Of a DNA stretch of 64,000 bases, positions 38,127 to 52,736 are shown one piece after another; positions within the stretch are counted from its first letter, which is position 1; each line of letters opens with the position of its first letter. Source of the DNA: Octopus sinensis (taxonomy: Eukaryota). The DNA lies in NCBI RefSeq assembly GCF_006345805.1, contig NC_043002.1, forward strand, positions 24,614,001 through 24,678,000, in the 5' to 3' direction. A program made the translations under genes and the position numbers. The notes below the pieces were generated by a model. That model was not told the origin of the DNA and made no database searches. It was given only the letters and a program-made list of their open reading frames with translations.

Positions 38127-41100
38127 GTGTGTGTGTGTGTGTATGTGTAGGTGGTGGGGGTGCACTCTTCCCTCAGCAACAGAATTAACATTTTTTGCCT
38201 AGTCAAAATAAAAATGATAATTATTATAGATTTCCTCCCTCTCACTTCCTTATCTGTTCTCTTTAGTTTCATCATAATTTCAAGGTCTCATTTATTTTTT
38301 CTCTCATTCCCCTCCCCTTATCTTTTATTTTTATTTAATTTTCTTTTTACTAAAATAGAATATACCGATAATTACATTTTTTATGATTTTATTTTGTTTT
38401 CATTGGTTTGAAACCAGTTTTTGTTTTATTATTTTGTTTATTTTTTTAGATTTTTAGATTTCATTTCTTTATTGTATTTTCGTATTTGCTTTTCAATTTC
38501 TGTCTGTGTGTCTCAGTAGGTTTGTTGATTAAATTAATTATGTTTCAGGATTTTGTCAGGATATAATAAGATTGGTGGATGGTTAGATGGGGAGAAAGTG
38601 TGAGAGAGGAGGGTGATGAAGGCGATGATAAAGAGAGAGTCGGTTGAGTAAGAAGTATAGGAAAGGAGAATGAGTGACCGAAAGAGAAGGGATATGATTG
38701 AAAAAGAATAATGATAGAGAGAAAAGAGGGAGAGAGAGAGAGAGAGAGAGAAAGAGAGCAGAAGCTGGAAGAAAGGAAAGTGAAACAAAAGTAAATGAGA
38801 GTGAAGGGGAGATAATGAGTGGAGAGATGAACGGATTAGAGAAAGAGAGGCAGAGATAGAAAGACAGAGTAGTAAAGAGAGAGAGAGATTGAGGGACAGT
38901 TATGTGTATGTATGTATGTATGTATGTATGTATGTGTATATATACATGTCTTTATAAGTATACATTTACATATCTATCTATCTATTTATCTATATATATA
39001 TATATATATATATATGTACATACGGTACGTACGTAAGTACCTTTGGCCAGAAGGTCTGATATATATTATGTATGTATATGGGTGTATGTGTGTGTGTGTG
39101 TCTGTTTTTATAGAAATAATGGGTGATTAAATACTACTTTAAGCATGGTATAGATTGTCTCCTAGTGGTGCTCAAAGAGATCAGAATTTTAAACTCCAGC
39201 TTCTTCATCAGGAGAAGATAGTCAAGAAGAATAATTGAAATTGAATGGTATGGAAGGGGAAACAAATACAAAAGATGATCATTGTAAGGAATATGAAAAG
39301 TTGCATGTATGCATGTGGATGTACAATTTACATGATATAATCAAGTCTTAGCATTACAGCTGTTTCAAATGATCGATGACTGGTTTATATAACAATGCAT
39401 ATTATGCAAGCAGGTGCAATACTTAAAAAATATTGTAGATATACATAAAAGCAAAGAAAAGTATCGACTAGCATGGGTTTGGATAGTTCCATGCAACACA
39501 CACACACACACACAAAGAAAGACCTACAGACAGACAAACAGAAGAAATGTTTAAGCTAATTTACATTGGCCCTGCCATTAATAAAAAGGTAGCCAACATA
39601 TGCCTACAGCAATTCATTTACATGACAAGTCTTTGAAGAGCTAGAAACATTGATGATATATTTTACATTTCTACTGTTCTGAACAAATTGCTGGGAGCTT
39701 ATGGCTCCTGAACTTCCATTGAAACTGTAGAGGCACTGTTGTAACAAATTAATAATGATTAAAGTGTAGGAACATGTATGAAAATATCAAAATCCTTTGC
39801 TTGGTAAAATATAACTGGAAAATAGGTGTGTTTGAAAGCAATATTGAATACAATATGTTATCATATAATAATTCTGTTTGTCATTACATTACTTAGCCTC
39901 TTGGTAATGCTTTCAGGTGATTAGAGAAAAAGAAGGAGAGAGTGAGAAAAGAGGGTGAGAGAAGCATGTGTGATATGAGGTAGAGGGAATGAAATTGTAA
40001 CACTTCCTTGTAATTAATTAAAGGGAAAGAGAGGAGAAAGATAAAGGAGAGGGGAAAAGAGGATAAGGCGAAGAGTGAGACAGAAAGAGGAAGAAAGAAA
40101 AAGGGAGAGAGAAGTGTCCATGATGTGAGGTAGGAGGAATGTAATATTTATTATGTCGTTAAAAATGTTAGTTGAAGGTAGAGAAGGAGAGTTAAAAATA
40201 TAATTTTAGCAGAGGGGTGATGTTCTGATGGTGAAGTTAAAGAAAGGCAGAGAGAGAAATAGAAGAGGGAGAGAAAGATGATGGTGGTGGTGGTGGTGGT
40301 AGTGATTGGATAGTGAAAAGTGTATTTTTATTTCAATTGAACTAAGTTTTTTATATCACTTATCACTTAATGCATGCGCATAAGTGCAATTCCATGAAAT
40401 ATTCACACTTATTTACATGGCAGATATGTGCAATTTAACTAAAGTTTGTACCATATGTACAACGATTTTTTTTTCGTTTGTTTATGGGGGAAAATGGGAA
40501 AATAAGAGTGAATATTTATTTCATGAGTGCTGTGTAGTAAGTCTATAAAATTGTGCATAAAGTATATAAAGCATATATATATAAAGTGCATTAAGTAAAC
40601 ATTGTATTCCAATTTCTTTTACTTTTCAATGAGTAGCAGATAAGCAACTATCTTTCCATACAGACACAACACAAGCTACACTTTCAGATTTTGTGGAAAA
40701 AGTTTTCAGAAATAATCCAATAGGTTTACTATTAATTCCTGCTAGTATGTATAAATGTGTATTTATTCACTTTTTCCCATGAGTTCTTTGTTGTAAGGAT
40801 TCCAGGCTGGATTTGCATAATGTAAAAGGGGGTTTGTCATACATTTGTTAATCTTTTGATATATATGTATCTAATACATTCTACCATCACCTATTCACCT
40901 ATACTCCCTCTCATCAGGCCACATACTACTGACATGCATCACTTTCTCTTAACATTTTCCACCTTTATTACTATCTGTCAATCTCTTTCTCTTCCTTTTA
41001 CTACTCTCTCACTCCTATAAATCTCTTTTCTATCATCAGACCTTTGTTCCAATTATCTGGCTCTCTGAATCACCCTCTGGGTCATATAACTTGAATGAAC

Positions 41101-42064
41101 AGACACCATAAAGTAGCGAGGACTTTTTTGTCTTACAGGATGCATGGCAACTTCACTAATGCTAGTTTTGCATTAAAATGCATCCAGTACATTTTGTATA
41201 GTGGTTGGTATACAGAGACAACATAGGGTTGAGAGGACCTTTTAGTCTTGACAAGGACACGACAACCTGTCTAAGGTTGGTACCACAATAAAATGTACCC
41301 AGTATACTCTGTAAAGTGGCTGGTATTAGGAAGTGCATCCAGCTGCAGAAGCCATGAAACCATGCCAAAAGTTGGAATGTACAAACAAAATGTAGTCTCC
41401 TGACTAGTCTAAGAGGGCTATAAATTCCAAATAAGAATTGACTTGGACTATGAAAACTCACCAATCCATGTCAGCATGGAAAGTGGATGTAAAATGATGA
41501 GATATGTTTGTGTATGTGTGAGTATAGTGGCAAGTGAGATAAGTGAGACACCCACCCATCTATGCACAACACACACACACATACGGACACATTCTCTCTC
41601 TCTTTCTCTTTCCCTCTATTACCCTTGCCCACACACATACACACGTAGATATAGCATGGGAAGAATTAGGGACAAAATACTAGTGATTTTTCTTAGAGAC
41701 GGAATGTTCTAGAAGGTTTATTAAACACCCAAGGGGGTTTATCAATAGCAATTTGTTTTTAAAAGATTATCTTTTCAGTTTATTGAATAATATGAATATG
41801 TGTCACTATAAGAGTGCACATATGTTGTCTGTGTGTTTGTATGTTTATATACACAAGTATAGGTACATATGTAAATGGAAATAATTATAATGCATATATG
41901 TACCAATACTACTTACGTATATACATGCATATACATTATATACAGATGCAGATGGTATCTGAGGACAAATGTATGGTTAAAAAAAAACACTTATATAATA
42001 ACAGAAAAAATGTATTTTTATAAAAATAGCATAAACATAAAGCTAAATTATCAATTTTATAATT

Positions 42065-42845
42065 TCATTCAATAAAACCACCATAAGTATCAATAACTGC
42101 CTCTACACAAGGTCAAAATTTTTTACAAGCTCAGATTAAGTGGTCCTTGTTCATACCGGACATGGCTTGAACTATGGTGGCTTTCAAAGAATCTTCGTGC
42201 TATGAGGGCGTTCATTGACATTTTTCTCAACGATGCTCCATACATAGTAGTCCAGTGGACTGAGATCTGGAGAATTAGGAGGTCAAATATTGGGGGTGAT
42301 GCGATCACGCAAATTGTCAGAGATACATTCTTGTGTCATTTGAGCCTTGTGTGATGGTGCAGAATCTTGTTGAAAGACATACGGTCTTCCATTGCATACA
42401 CTGTTGATCCAAGGCTTGACAACTTTATCCAGAACCTCAATATGCACAGCAGCATTAACCCTAAGGCCTTGTGGAAAAAAGTGAGGAGGCATCACATGTC
42501 CTTCATTGCTAACAACACCCCAAACCATGACACTTGCAGGAAATTTTGTGTGCATTACTCTTGGAACCTCAGAAGGGTCTGCACATTGCCATCTGTCATT
42601 TCTTCTGTTAGTTTTCTGGTCTTTGTCAAAGTTTTTCTCATCTGAGAAAAAAACTAAATCACAACATCTGATGGATTTTTAAGTTTGTTCAAAAGTCTTT
42701 TGGATCTGATTAAATGGTTTTCTGTTGTTTTTTTCTGACATGAATTGACCTCTCGTCATCATGTAAGATTTGTATCTGATGTCTTCATGCACAACATTTC
42801 TGATTATTTTTTCTGACACACAAAATTTTTTTGCAATTGACCTCA
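42065..42845 (-). mobile_element. DD37D (maT) transposase remnant
   Basis: FFSDEKNF, SVMVWGVVS, VFQQDSAPSHKA and *PPNSPDLSPLDYYVW, with 37 residues between the second and third catalytic D; TGG>TGA nonsense change. Confidence 0.92.
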
Positions 42846-43017
42846 TTGGTTTTCCTCGATTGTCTTCAATGTTTTGCTTAACTTCCTGAATAAATTCATA
42901 TTTTTATAATTAAATATCATAAAGAACAGTATAAAAAATATTTGATGTAGAGATATAATCAATTTGTTGCATATAGGACTCCCAAGGGACATGTGGACCC
43001 TGGCTGAGGACCACTGT

Positions 43018-43175
43018 TCTAGGGTTAAGTTCAGAAAACTGACCTTTGTTAAGTTAGTAACAGTTATATTTAGGTCAAATTCTTTGAAAATGTTTATAAT
43101 ATTCTTCCTGAATTTACCCATGACGTAACAATTCATATGGCTTGAGATTGCTGGACCATCAACCCTGTACAAATC
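43018..43175 (-). mobile_element. Penelope-like RT fragment abutting an hAT MITE end (about 42850-43016)
   Basis: KFRKNIINIFKEFDLNITVTNLTKVSFLNLTL resembles Penelope RT (ITI..N...VNFLDVT). Confidence 0.6.
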
Positions 43176-44974
43176 CAGTTGGTGGTGGTGGTGATAGTGG
43201 TAATGGGATTATGTTTTTTAAGGGTATCTCTTAAATTACAAATCCAAGTGGTATGGAGATTGTTCCATTTTTAGCTTTTCTCTTGATGTCAGCCATTTCT
43301 GATGTTTTCATGTGTGTCTCCTAAACATGAGCCAGACACATGTATGTTCATGGCAGGCATTTTCTTTTAGCTTCATAACAATGATTTGCTTCTTCGCTCC
43401 ACATGCCATGACCACTATCAATAATAACAACGAAAGCAACCATAACAATGACAGCCTCAGTTACCACCACCACCACCACCACTTCAATAACAACAACAAT
43501 TCCAAACCAACCACTAATACAATCACAACAGCAAATATATCACCATAGTAACAACAATAACTGTAAAAACTCAGCAGCAAAAAATAACAAAACAACCACA
43601 GCAATGGCCACAACTACAGCAATAGCATCATCACCATCATCATCATCATCGTCATCATCATCATCATCATCATCAGTAGCAGCATCAGCCACTAAGACTC
43701 TCATTCTGTTTCTCTTTTGTACAACTAATGTTGTGGTTCAAATTCAATAGTAGCCCTATCAATGGTACCTAATTATCACTAAGGACTCCTCCAGTCCCCT
43801 TTTGTTATATTTATTGTTGTTGTTTAGCTCCTGTCCATCCAGAGCATAGAAGTTTATAGTTAAAAGGCTTCCAACTGACACCATCCCAACTTTTTCTATC
43901 TCAGAGACCACATTGTACAGATGTGTATTTTTCCCTTATAAGATGGCAGGATGTAATTTGAGAGAGATTTGGCTACTATTTCTTATATGCTGACCTACCA
44001 CTAAGTAGCTCACTGGTTTGATGGTGTATGGTGGGGGTGTATAGAGAAGATTATGGCCATTAACCTACTTCCTTCTCAGATTACTGTATGCAATACGCAA
44101 CTCTACTGTTAACCACAACAAGCCTTCATTACAGAACCAACACCAATACTACTACAACTACTACAACCACCACCACCACCACAACTGCCAAAACTGTTTC
44201 TGCCACCGCCATCGTTGCCAACAACACCACCACTACAACCATCACTGTAACTACCACTATCATCAATTACAATCACCACTGCTGCCACCATTCCCATCAT
44301 GACCAACATCACTACAACTACCACCACCATCATCACCACTACCACTACTACCACCATCGCCACCACCACCATCACCTCCACAACTGCTGCTGCTATCAGA
44401 GAAAAGTTTATGGAGAAACCTTGCAATCATCCAGTTGCTGAGTAGATAAAACTCTTGGAATGTCTTATCTTGGAACTGAATGATGATGATGATGATGATG
44501 GTGGTGATGGTGATGGTGGTGGCGGCGGGGGCGGTGGCAGTGATCGTGGTGATGGTAGTTGTGGCTATTGGTTATAGTGGTGGTGGTGGTGATGATGATG
44601 ATAATTAAGGTGATAGAAGTGGTAGTGGTGATATGTTGGAATGGTAGTAATATAATAATTGTTGTTGGTGGTGGTGGTGGTGGTGGTGGTGGTGGCAGTT
44701 GTGTTAGAAAAATGTAAGTATGAAGGTGGTAGTTGCGTCTGGGATTTTCGGAATTCACCACCAAGTTCTTAGATTTTTGGAATCTAAAAGAAGGTTTGGT
44801 ATGGTTGGGTGTGGGAGGAGGGGTGATATATATAAGTTGTTTGTGTGGGTGGTAGTTGTCCCTGGAATTTATTTCTGACTTGTCTTTTTGATCTCCCCAC
44901 CACATTTCCATCCCATATTTCATTTCTTACTGTCTTTTGCTTCCTCTCTCCTTTACATTATATGAGGTGAATAA

Positions 44975-45230
44975 CCTTTCTCTCTCTCTCTCTCTCTCTC
45001 TGTTTCTTTCAACTTCTCTTTCCTTCTCTTTTCCCTCACTCTTCATTTCCTTCCATCTGCCTCTCTTTCCCTCCTCCACTCTCTCTCTGTTTCTTTCAGC
45101 TTCTCTTTCCTTCTCTTTTCCCTCACTCTTCATTTCCTTCTTTCTGCCTCTCTTTCCCTCCTCCTCTCTCTCCAGTTCCTTGTCTACTTCTTTTTCTCTC
45201 CTCTCTCTCTCCTTCCCTCTCTCACCCTCT
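44975..45230. repeat. Polypyrimidine (CT-rich) tract containing a ~87-bp tandem duplication
   Basis: ctctctctgtttctttca(a/g)cttctctttcc occurs at about 44993 and 45081. Confidence 0.85.
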
Positions 45231-45859
45231 CTTAGTTTACCTATCTCTTTCTCTACTATATATAATTAGTAGCACCAGTATATTACTGGTACTTATGATG
45301 CCATCATTGTTGGTCTTTAATTGATCATGTCACCCATTCACAGCTCTCCATCCTGGATCATGCCATTATTATACACCATACCAAGGCAGCAAGCTGGCAG
45401 ACTTACTCTTTTACTCTTTTACTTGTTTCATTCATTTGACTATGGCCATGCTGGAGCACTGCCTTTAAAATTAGGCAAACCAGCCGCAGACAAGAGGCCT
45501 AGCAACATTTCTTCTGACTCTTTACATTCTTAGTTCAAACGCCGCTTAGGTTGACTTTGCCTTTCATCCTTTCAGAGTTGATAAAATAAGGACCCAGCAT
45601 GGCTACAGTCCAATGACTGAAACAACTAAAAGATAAATAATGATTTCAAATTTTGGCACAATGCCAGCATTTTCGAGAGAGGGATAACTCAATCACATCA
45701 ACCCCAGTATTCAACTGGTACTTATTTTATCAACCCCAAAAGGATGAAAAGCAAAATCAACCTTAACGGAATTTGAATTTGGAATATAAAGATGAATGAA
45801 ATACTGCAAAGCATTTTCCCTGACATGGTAATAATGATTCTGCCAGTTCACCACCTTAA

Positions 45860-46080
45860 CCCCTTTGTTACCAACCAAGCTGAAACCGGCTCTGGCTCTG
45901 AAGCACAAATGTCTTGTTTTCAAAAGTTCTGAATTAAAATCTTCTGCCAAACCTTAGTCACAATTTATGTTCCTAACACTAGCTTAATGATAACCAAGTT
46001 ATTTTACTAAATTCTTGGTTATATAAAAAATAATTGAAAGAAAAATGGAGCATCTCAAAATAAATACAGTAATGAAAGGG
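45860..46080. mobile_element. piggyBac-like MITE, second subfamily
   Basis: TTAA|CCCCTTTGTTAC...GTAATGAAAGGG|TTAA. Confidence 0.75.
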
Positions 46081-46354
46081 TTAACCTCTTGACATATACA
46101 TTTTTTTCAATTTCCATGCAAAAAATATGATATCTTTTTATTATTTATTTTGAATCTAAATACAAGAAGAATAAATACACAAATTATTTTGGATTAGTTA
46201 TAATTTATTATGAAGTTACTGACAGAAATGATTAATTACTGATAGTTGATAGTAGGAAACAGGAATAACATCATGAACAAAGTATTTCGGGTTGGAAATA
46301 TGTGACAGATACCTCAGAGTACGGTGAATGTGTATTTTCATTCAAATACATTCT

Positions 46355-47121
46355 TTTATTTGTTTCCGTCATTTGACTGCAGCCATGCTGGAGCACCGCC
46401 TTTAGTTGAACAAATTGACCCCAGGACTTATTCTTTGTAAACCTAGTACTTATTCTTTTGCTGAACTACTAAGTTACAGGGACGTAAACACACCAATATT
46501 GGCTGTCAAGCAATGGTGGGAGGACAAACACACACACACACACACACAATATATATATATATATATATATATCATCATCATCATCATCATCGTTTAACGT
46601 CCGCTTTCCATGCTAGCATGGGTTGGACGGTTTGACTGTGGGCTGGCAAACCAGATGGCTGCACCAGGCTCCAGTCTAGATCTGGCAGAGTTTCTACAGC
46701 TGGATGCCCTTCCTAACACCAACCACTCCGAGAGTGTAGTGGGTGCTTTTATGTGCCACCGGCACGGGAGACAGTCTGGTGGTACTGGCAACGACCTCGC
46801 TCAAATTTTTTTTTTTACACATGCCAACAGCACAGATGCCAGTAAGGCAATGCTGGTAACGATCCCGCTCGAATGGTGCCTCCTACATGCCACTAGCACA
46901 GAAGCCAGTTAGCCGCTCTGGCAATAATCACGCTTAGATGGTGCTCTTAGCACCCTACTAGCATGGGGCATGAGTGCCAGTAAGGCAACACTGGTAACGA
47001 TCACACTCGAATGGTGCCTTTTATGTGCCACTGGCACAAAAGCCAGTTAGCCGCTCTGTCAACAGTTACGCTCGTATGGTGCTCCTGCCCGTCATCGAAT
47101 TTTACTTTGATTTTGATTTCG

Positions 47122-47199
<78 letters not shown>

Positions 47200-47359
47200 C
47201 AAGCTTCTTTCAGTTTCCATCTACCAAATCCACTCACAAGGCTTTGGTCGGCCCAAGGCTATAGTAGAAGACATTTGCCCATGGTGCCACATAGTGGGAC
47301 TAAACCGGGAACCATGTGGTTGGTAAGCAAGCTACTTACCTCACAGCCACTCCTGTGCC
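46355..47359 (-). mobile_element. Microsatellite-bearing tRNA-SINE with an RTE 3' fragment (about 46571-47122) nested in its internal repeat
   Basis: SINE body 46355-46560 and head 47197-47359 flank (TA)n-(CAT)n-RTE-(TA)n. Confidence 0.88.
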
Positions 47360-47954
47360 TAGTATGTATTTACTAGACATCTCTGAACGAAAATATACAG
47401 GATAATATGTTAAGAGGTTAAGTGAAAGATAAATGATAAAAAAGATGAAACAAAGTACTAGTCACATATACTGGAGTCAGTTAATTTAAGCATACTTCTT
47501 CCCCTTGTATCTATGTTAGAAATCATTATTATACATCATATCTCCCCATTGTATTCCACAGCACAATACATACCACACAAGGCCAGCCTGTACAATTACA
47601 CTTTGTTCTACTGTACCTGCTGGCTACTCAGGCCTTTGCTTGAAATAGCAGCCAAATTAACCTTGTATTGCACCCTGACACCTTATATCAAAAACTATAT
47701 TGCATAACAGTGTTTAAAAACATGATAGCTGAAAGAATAAGCTGGGATGGTCATAGCTGGAATGTTTTTGATCATAGGTCTGCTCAGTCAGGACTGGCCA
47801 GTGATAAGATAAACAATAACAACAACCACAGTAAAACCTGTTGTCTATACCCTCCTATATTGCAATAAACGCAACACCCCACAGTAGTCTATACTAAATA
47901 TATTTACACCCTCTTATACATGAAACACATCATCTCCTTTCTCCTATACTATGA

Positions 47955-48445
47955 GAAACACTACACCACACTTGACTACACTACACTTGCATTACAATAC
48001 ACACATCATATTATCATACTACACCACATCATTCTATACCACACTCATCTACACCACATTCAACTGTACCACACTAGACAGCACACTACACTACATCATA
48101 CTGTACCATGCTCATCTACACCACACTCAGCCACCCCACACTCAGCTACACCACACTCAACTATCCCACACTCATCTATACCACACTCAATTACACCACA
48201 CTCATCTACACCACACTTGACTGTACTACACTAGACAGCACACTACACATCATACTGTACCACACTCATCTACACCACACTCGACTACATACACTCGACT
48301 ACACTACACTTGACTGTACTACACTAGACAGCACACTACACATCATACTGTACCACACTCATCTACACCACACTCAACTACACCACACTTAATCATACCA
48401 CACTCAGCTATACCACACTCGACAGCACACTACACTACATCATGC
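47955..48445. repeat. Minisatellite with a 15-bp unit (ctacaccacactcaN) built from pentamers, plus a longer repeated block
   Basis: The block cttgactgtactacactagacagcacactacacatcatactgtaccacactcatct occurs twice, with further variants. Confidence 0.9.
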
Positions 48446-51400
48446 CACCTCCCACCGCACACCATACTACACTATTTAACACCATATTGCACACCAAACT
48501 ACCTCACACCATATTCCAGACCAGTTCTACAACTTCAACTGTATTATATACAATGAATACATCCAGCGTGTATCAATCACATTGTATGTGTCTACATTTC
48601 ACTATGTTTGTCTTCATATTCATATATGTATTTCTGTGTATGCATAGGCATGAATTTATGTACTTGTTTGTACTTGTATTTATATATGTATATATGAGTG
48701 TATCTGTGTAATGTGTTTGTTTGTGTGTTTCTTTTTTATTTAATTTTTGTTTTTAGTTTGAATCCTCTTATAAAGAAGATCTGGTTTCTAGCAAAGAAAC
48801 AAAGCTCCAACATTGTTGATAAGATCAATAGCAAAGAATTACACATACAACTTTAGAAAAGTCTTGTTAATTTTTACTGTTCCACTTACAAACTGTATTT
48901 GTGAAATGAGTAGTTACTGGTAATTTTCTCTGCTTAAAAACGTCAGGTTTTTAACATTAGGGTCTTAGGCATTTAATTACATTACTGAAAACACTAGTAA
49001 TTATAGGCACAAATACAAATTATGTTATGGGTACAAAAGTTGCAGGTTCGTGTCTCTCCAGTAACCTTTGATCTTTTTCCATCTGAAGTTTTATTTTAAC
49101 CCATTATATTATATGCTATAATACAGCAGCATCCACTTTGAGAGACACCTTTAGAATGATTTATTTCATATTTTCTTGGAACTTCTACATTTTCATAATG
49201 TAAGCAAACTTACTTTCTCACTTGGAAGAACTAAGCATCCAAGTTGACAGAAGAGAGACTGAAGATTACATCTGTCATATATGAAGATGCAGGCTTTTTT
49301 TTTTTAGCCCGATATATTACATGTTATTGTTTATGAAAGAATCATTAATGTATTATACAAAATGTACTGCAGTATTTGTCTCAGCTCTTCATGTTCTGAG
49401 TCAACAAATCCTGCTAAGTTCAATTTTGCCTTTCTCCTTTTTGGGATCTATAAAATAAAGTACCCCACCACACCTCAAAACTTTGAGCCTTGTGCCTAAA
49501 CCAGAAACTGTTATTTATAGTTGTATCCACTTTGAGATATACCATTAAAATGATTTATTTTTAAAGATTTATAATCTCTCTCGAGAAGCTGTTGACTACA
49601 AAACAGTTGACTGCAAATATTCTTTTTCATATTGGTTTTTTGGTTTTAAAAGAAATGTTCCTATCTGCAGGACTGCTGACATCTCTAACTATGCAATTTT
49701 TGTTTTTGTTTTTCTGTCCTAAACAATTATTCAATTCTATTATAGTTAAGTTTGGAAGAAGTTTTTGAGGAAAATGTTCCATCAATATTCCTTGTGTTGA
49801 AACATTTGTATATAGTCAATGATAGATGTATTTTCTATATTTATTCCAGAGCAGTCTTTTCTATGGAGCGCATTATATATTTTTTAGCAACATCATAATG
49901 CATTAGAAGGTAGTACCTTGACGTTTTTAAGCAGCTGCTGATCACGTGTAACATTTTCCTCAGAAATGTGACATAATCAATATTTTCAGTTGCATCTTGA
50001 GGTTTCAAGTGTTTTGTAGTATATTTTATTCAAAAGATATTTTGTAACTCTCTCTTGCTCTTACATAGCAAATCCATAAACTTCAAAATACGATGTGATG
50101 TAATAACCACTCATAAGTGCAGGTGGGACTACACTTCCTGTTAATGTTAGCATCATCCTCAAATTTACAGGACACTCATTCATGCATAACATTTGTGGGT
50201 GGTTGGAGGAGGAGCAAAGTTTTTACTTCCTGGTCTTTTGTTGAGATATGCTAGTCCAGCAGTTTTGGGATCACATGGGAGGACATCAGGAAGTGAATAC
50301 TTCTTGAGGAATTCACTCCTGCCCCATAAGGTGTTGTGCTCTCTTCACTTTTGATAATTTTCTTGGTCTAATTATATTTCCTTGTTATTAATAACAGATG
50401 TTGTTTACATAGTACCACATGCCAATCAAAGGCTGTCTGAATGGATCTCAAGATGCTTTTCTTCTGATATAAAGCCAATCCTTATCACTATTTCTATAGA
50501 AGCTTCCAGATAATTTCATGATCTTGCAGGTTTTTATATCTTGGGAATAGGTTTTGTCTATAGACTTAGCAAGTGACTCTTATGTTGGCACCAGTACTGG
50601 TACTGCAGATGAATTATGAGATATTGTTTTGTAAAAGGAAAAATCTGACTGCTATAGTTTTTTTAAATTATTATTTTGAAGTCTAATAATATTCATTACA
50701 TCGTCTATGTATACTTGTATGTATGTGTGTGTATATTTGAATGTTATGTGCATGTGTATAGATGGAGTGATGTATTTTGTTGTGTACATGCATGCGTGTG
50801 TGTGTTTGAAATGATATATTCATATATGTATATAAGTATGTGTGTATGTATGCGTATGTGTGTTCTTTCATTCTGTTGTCCCCTTCCCACTAGCAACCTC
50901 TACACCATAGCCAGTGTGGTCAGTGTGACCAGTTTGTTCACTTTACATATTCCTATGCTTCAGATGAAGGCCACACTACACTGAAAAGCCAAGCCTCTCA
51001 CAATTAAAATCAATAATCAATGCAATTACTGATTGATTTTTACCTTTTTTCTTATTCTGAAGCCTATCATAATAATTATCACTTTCATCATAGCCATCAG
51101 TATCATCATCATCATCATCACCACCACCATCATAATCATCATCACCATTACCACTATCATCATCATTTATCATTACCATAAATGATAATCACTGCCACTA
51201 TCATCATCACCAACACCATTATCAACATCACTTCCATCATCATCATTGTCATCATTATTATCATGACATTCATCATGCATTACCTTCCTTGCAACCTTTT
51301 TCACCTACCTCCCCAGTTTGTCACCTTCATCATTTGCTGCTGCAAGTGTCTCTTCTCTTCATCACCATTTCTTTAGAGATGTGATGTCTGGAGCTTCACT

Positions 51401-51459
51401 GGTCATGTTTGTCATCTGTAAATATCTGTATCACAAAAGAGCTAAGTGTGTATGGAGTA

Positions 51460-51563
51460 TTTGGATTCATGTAAGTATCCTGGGTACTTGGATCCATGTA
51501 AATATCCTGGGTACTTGGATTCATGTAAATATCCTGGGTACTTGGATTCATGTAAATATCCTG
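51460..51563. repeat. 27-bp minisatellite, about 3.8 copies
   Basis: Unit cttggattcatgtaaatatcctgggta. Confidence 0.95.
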
Positions 51564-52329
51564 CCTGGCTCTTGAGCTTCATCGTTGAAGTAAAATAGTC
51601 TGCTTGCTCATAATTTGTCAGTTCAGTTCTTAGGCAGATGTTTAATTGTACTTCTGGGACAGAGCACTTGTCATTCTTTAGCCTATCATCAAAGAGGTTC
51701 TAGACACGACTGTTTCAGTACACTCTGTAAAGTGATTGGTATTAGGAAGGGAATCCAGCTGTTGAAACCATGCCACAGTAGATACTGGAACTTGGTGCAG
51801 CCCTCTGGCTCATTACTTCATGTTGAACCATCCAACCCATGCCAGCATGGAAAAATGGATGTTAAGTGCTGATGACGATGGAGTACATTGTTTAATGCAA
51901 CATCTCCTTTGTAAGTCAGTTGGGTGTTGTTTGGGGGATATTTGGTTGCTATATAGTTGAGTAACTATATAGAGGTCTCTATTAATGACTCAAGACAGAA
52001 CACTTTGTTCTTAGCTAAGGTAATAGTATCAGATCATCTGAGAATGTAATTTGTGAAAGACTGTTGTCCTATCCATGAGGGAAATTTCTCTCCAGATCAC
52101 CAGAGCTAAACACTGGTCCTTAAAGAGTTTTTTTAGCTTAATATTCATTTACTATTCTATCACCATTTATTTGATAGTTTTCTGTTGTTTTACAGCTTAT
52201 GTGTGTTGGGTATTTATTATATTACCTCTGTATCATAGGCTCCCTGTGTATCATTAGCCTAACTTTGTGTCATCAGATCTACCCAACAGATCCCATTTGA
52301 CAACAAACTACTGTCATCATTGAAAAACA

Positions 52330-52570
52330 ATAGTGAACAAAAGTGATACTGGGCATAAATACTAGGGCATATCGAAGGTAAGCGAAGTGATGGGAGAAGA
52401 AATGAAGAAAAGTTTTAAACAAGAGTACCTCCGAAGTCTTAGATGGGTGTTGCAGTCAAATGTGTGGAAGAAATAAATTTCAAGCAATCAATACATGGGA
52501 AATTGCATTATTGATGTGCAGGTATTATCTATTGGAGAAAAGATGGAGTGGACCTGATGCATGGATTCTC
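52330..52570 (+). mobile_element. Small R4-like RT remnant
   Basis: YKY*G..EMKKSFKQEYLRSLRWVLQS..NKFQAINTW. Confidence 0.65.
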
Positions 52571-52736
52571 TTGTTGATTCTGTTCTGAATGATGAGGCCC
52601 CTCATCTTCTCAAATCCCTACCCCTCTCAGTTCTTAGAGCTGATGGTAATGGGATGTATGTTTACATATTCTAAAGTCCTTTGTTGGCAAAAAGAACCAC
52701 AAAGAAATTTTTTTTTTTAAATAAGTAATCCAAGAG

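Noticed and set aside
40659-40780. Acceptor-like sites (ctttccatacAG, cactttcAG) as the next exon
   Set aside because: Both begin with A, giving TGA with the upstream TG, and no TMEM132-like peptide or strong donor follows.
49780-50640. Possible DNA-transposase remnant
   Set aside because: No recognisable catalytic motif in the frames I read; it would need a translated profile search.
51400-51570. Minus-strand QDIYMNPST repeat peptide resembling tyrosine signalling motifs
   Set aside because: Stops lie immediately upstream and shortly downstream, with no splice signals; it is a by-product of the 27-bp repeat.
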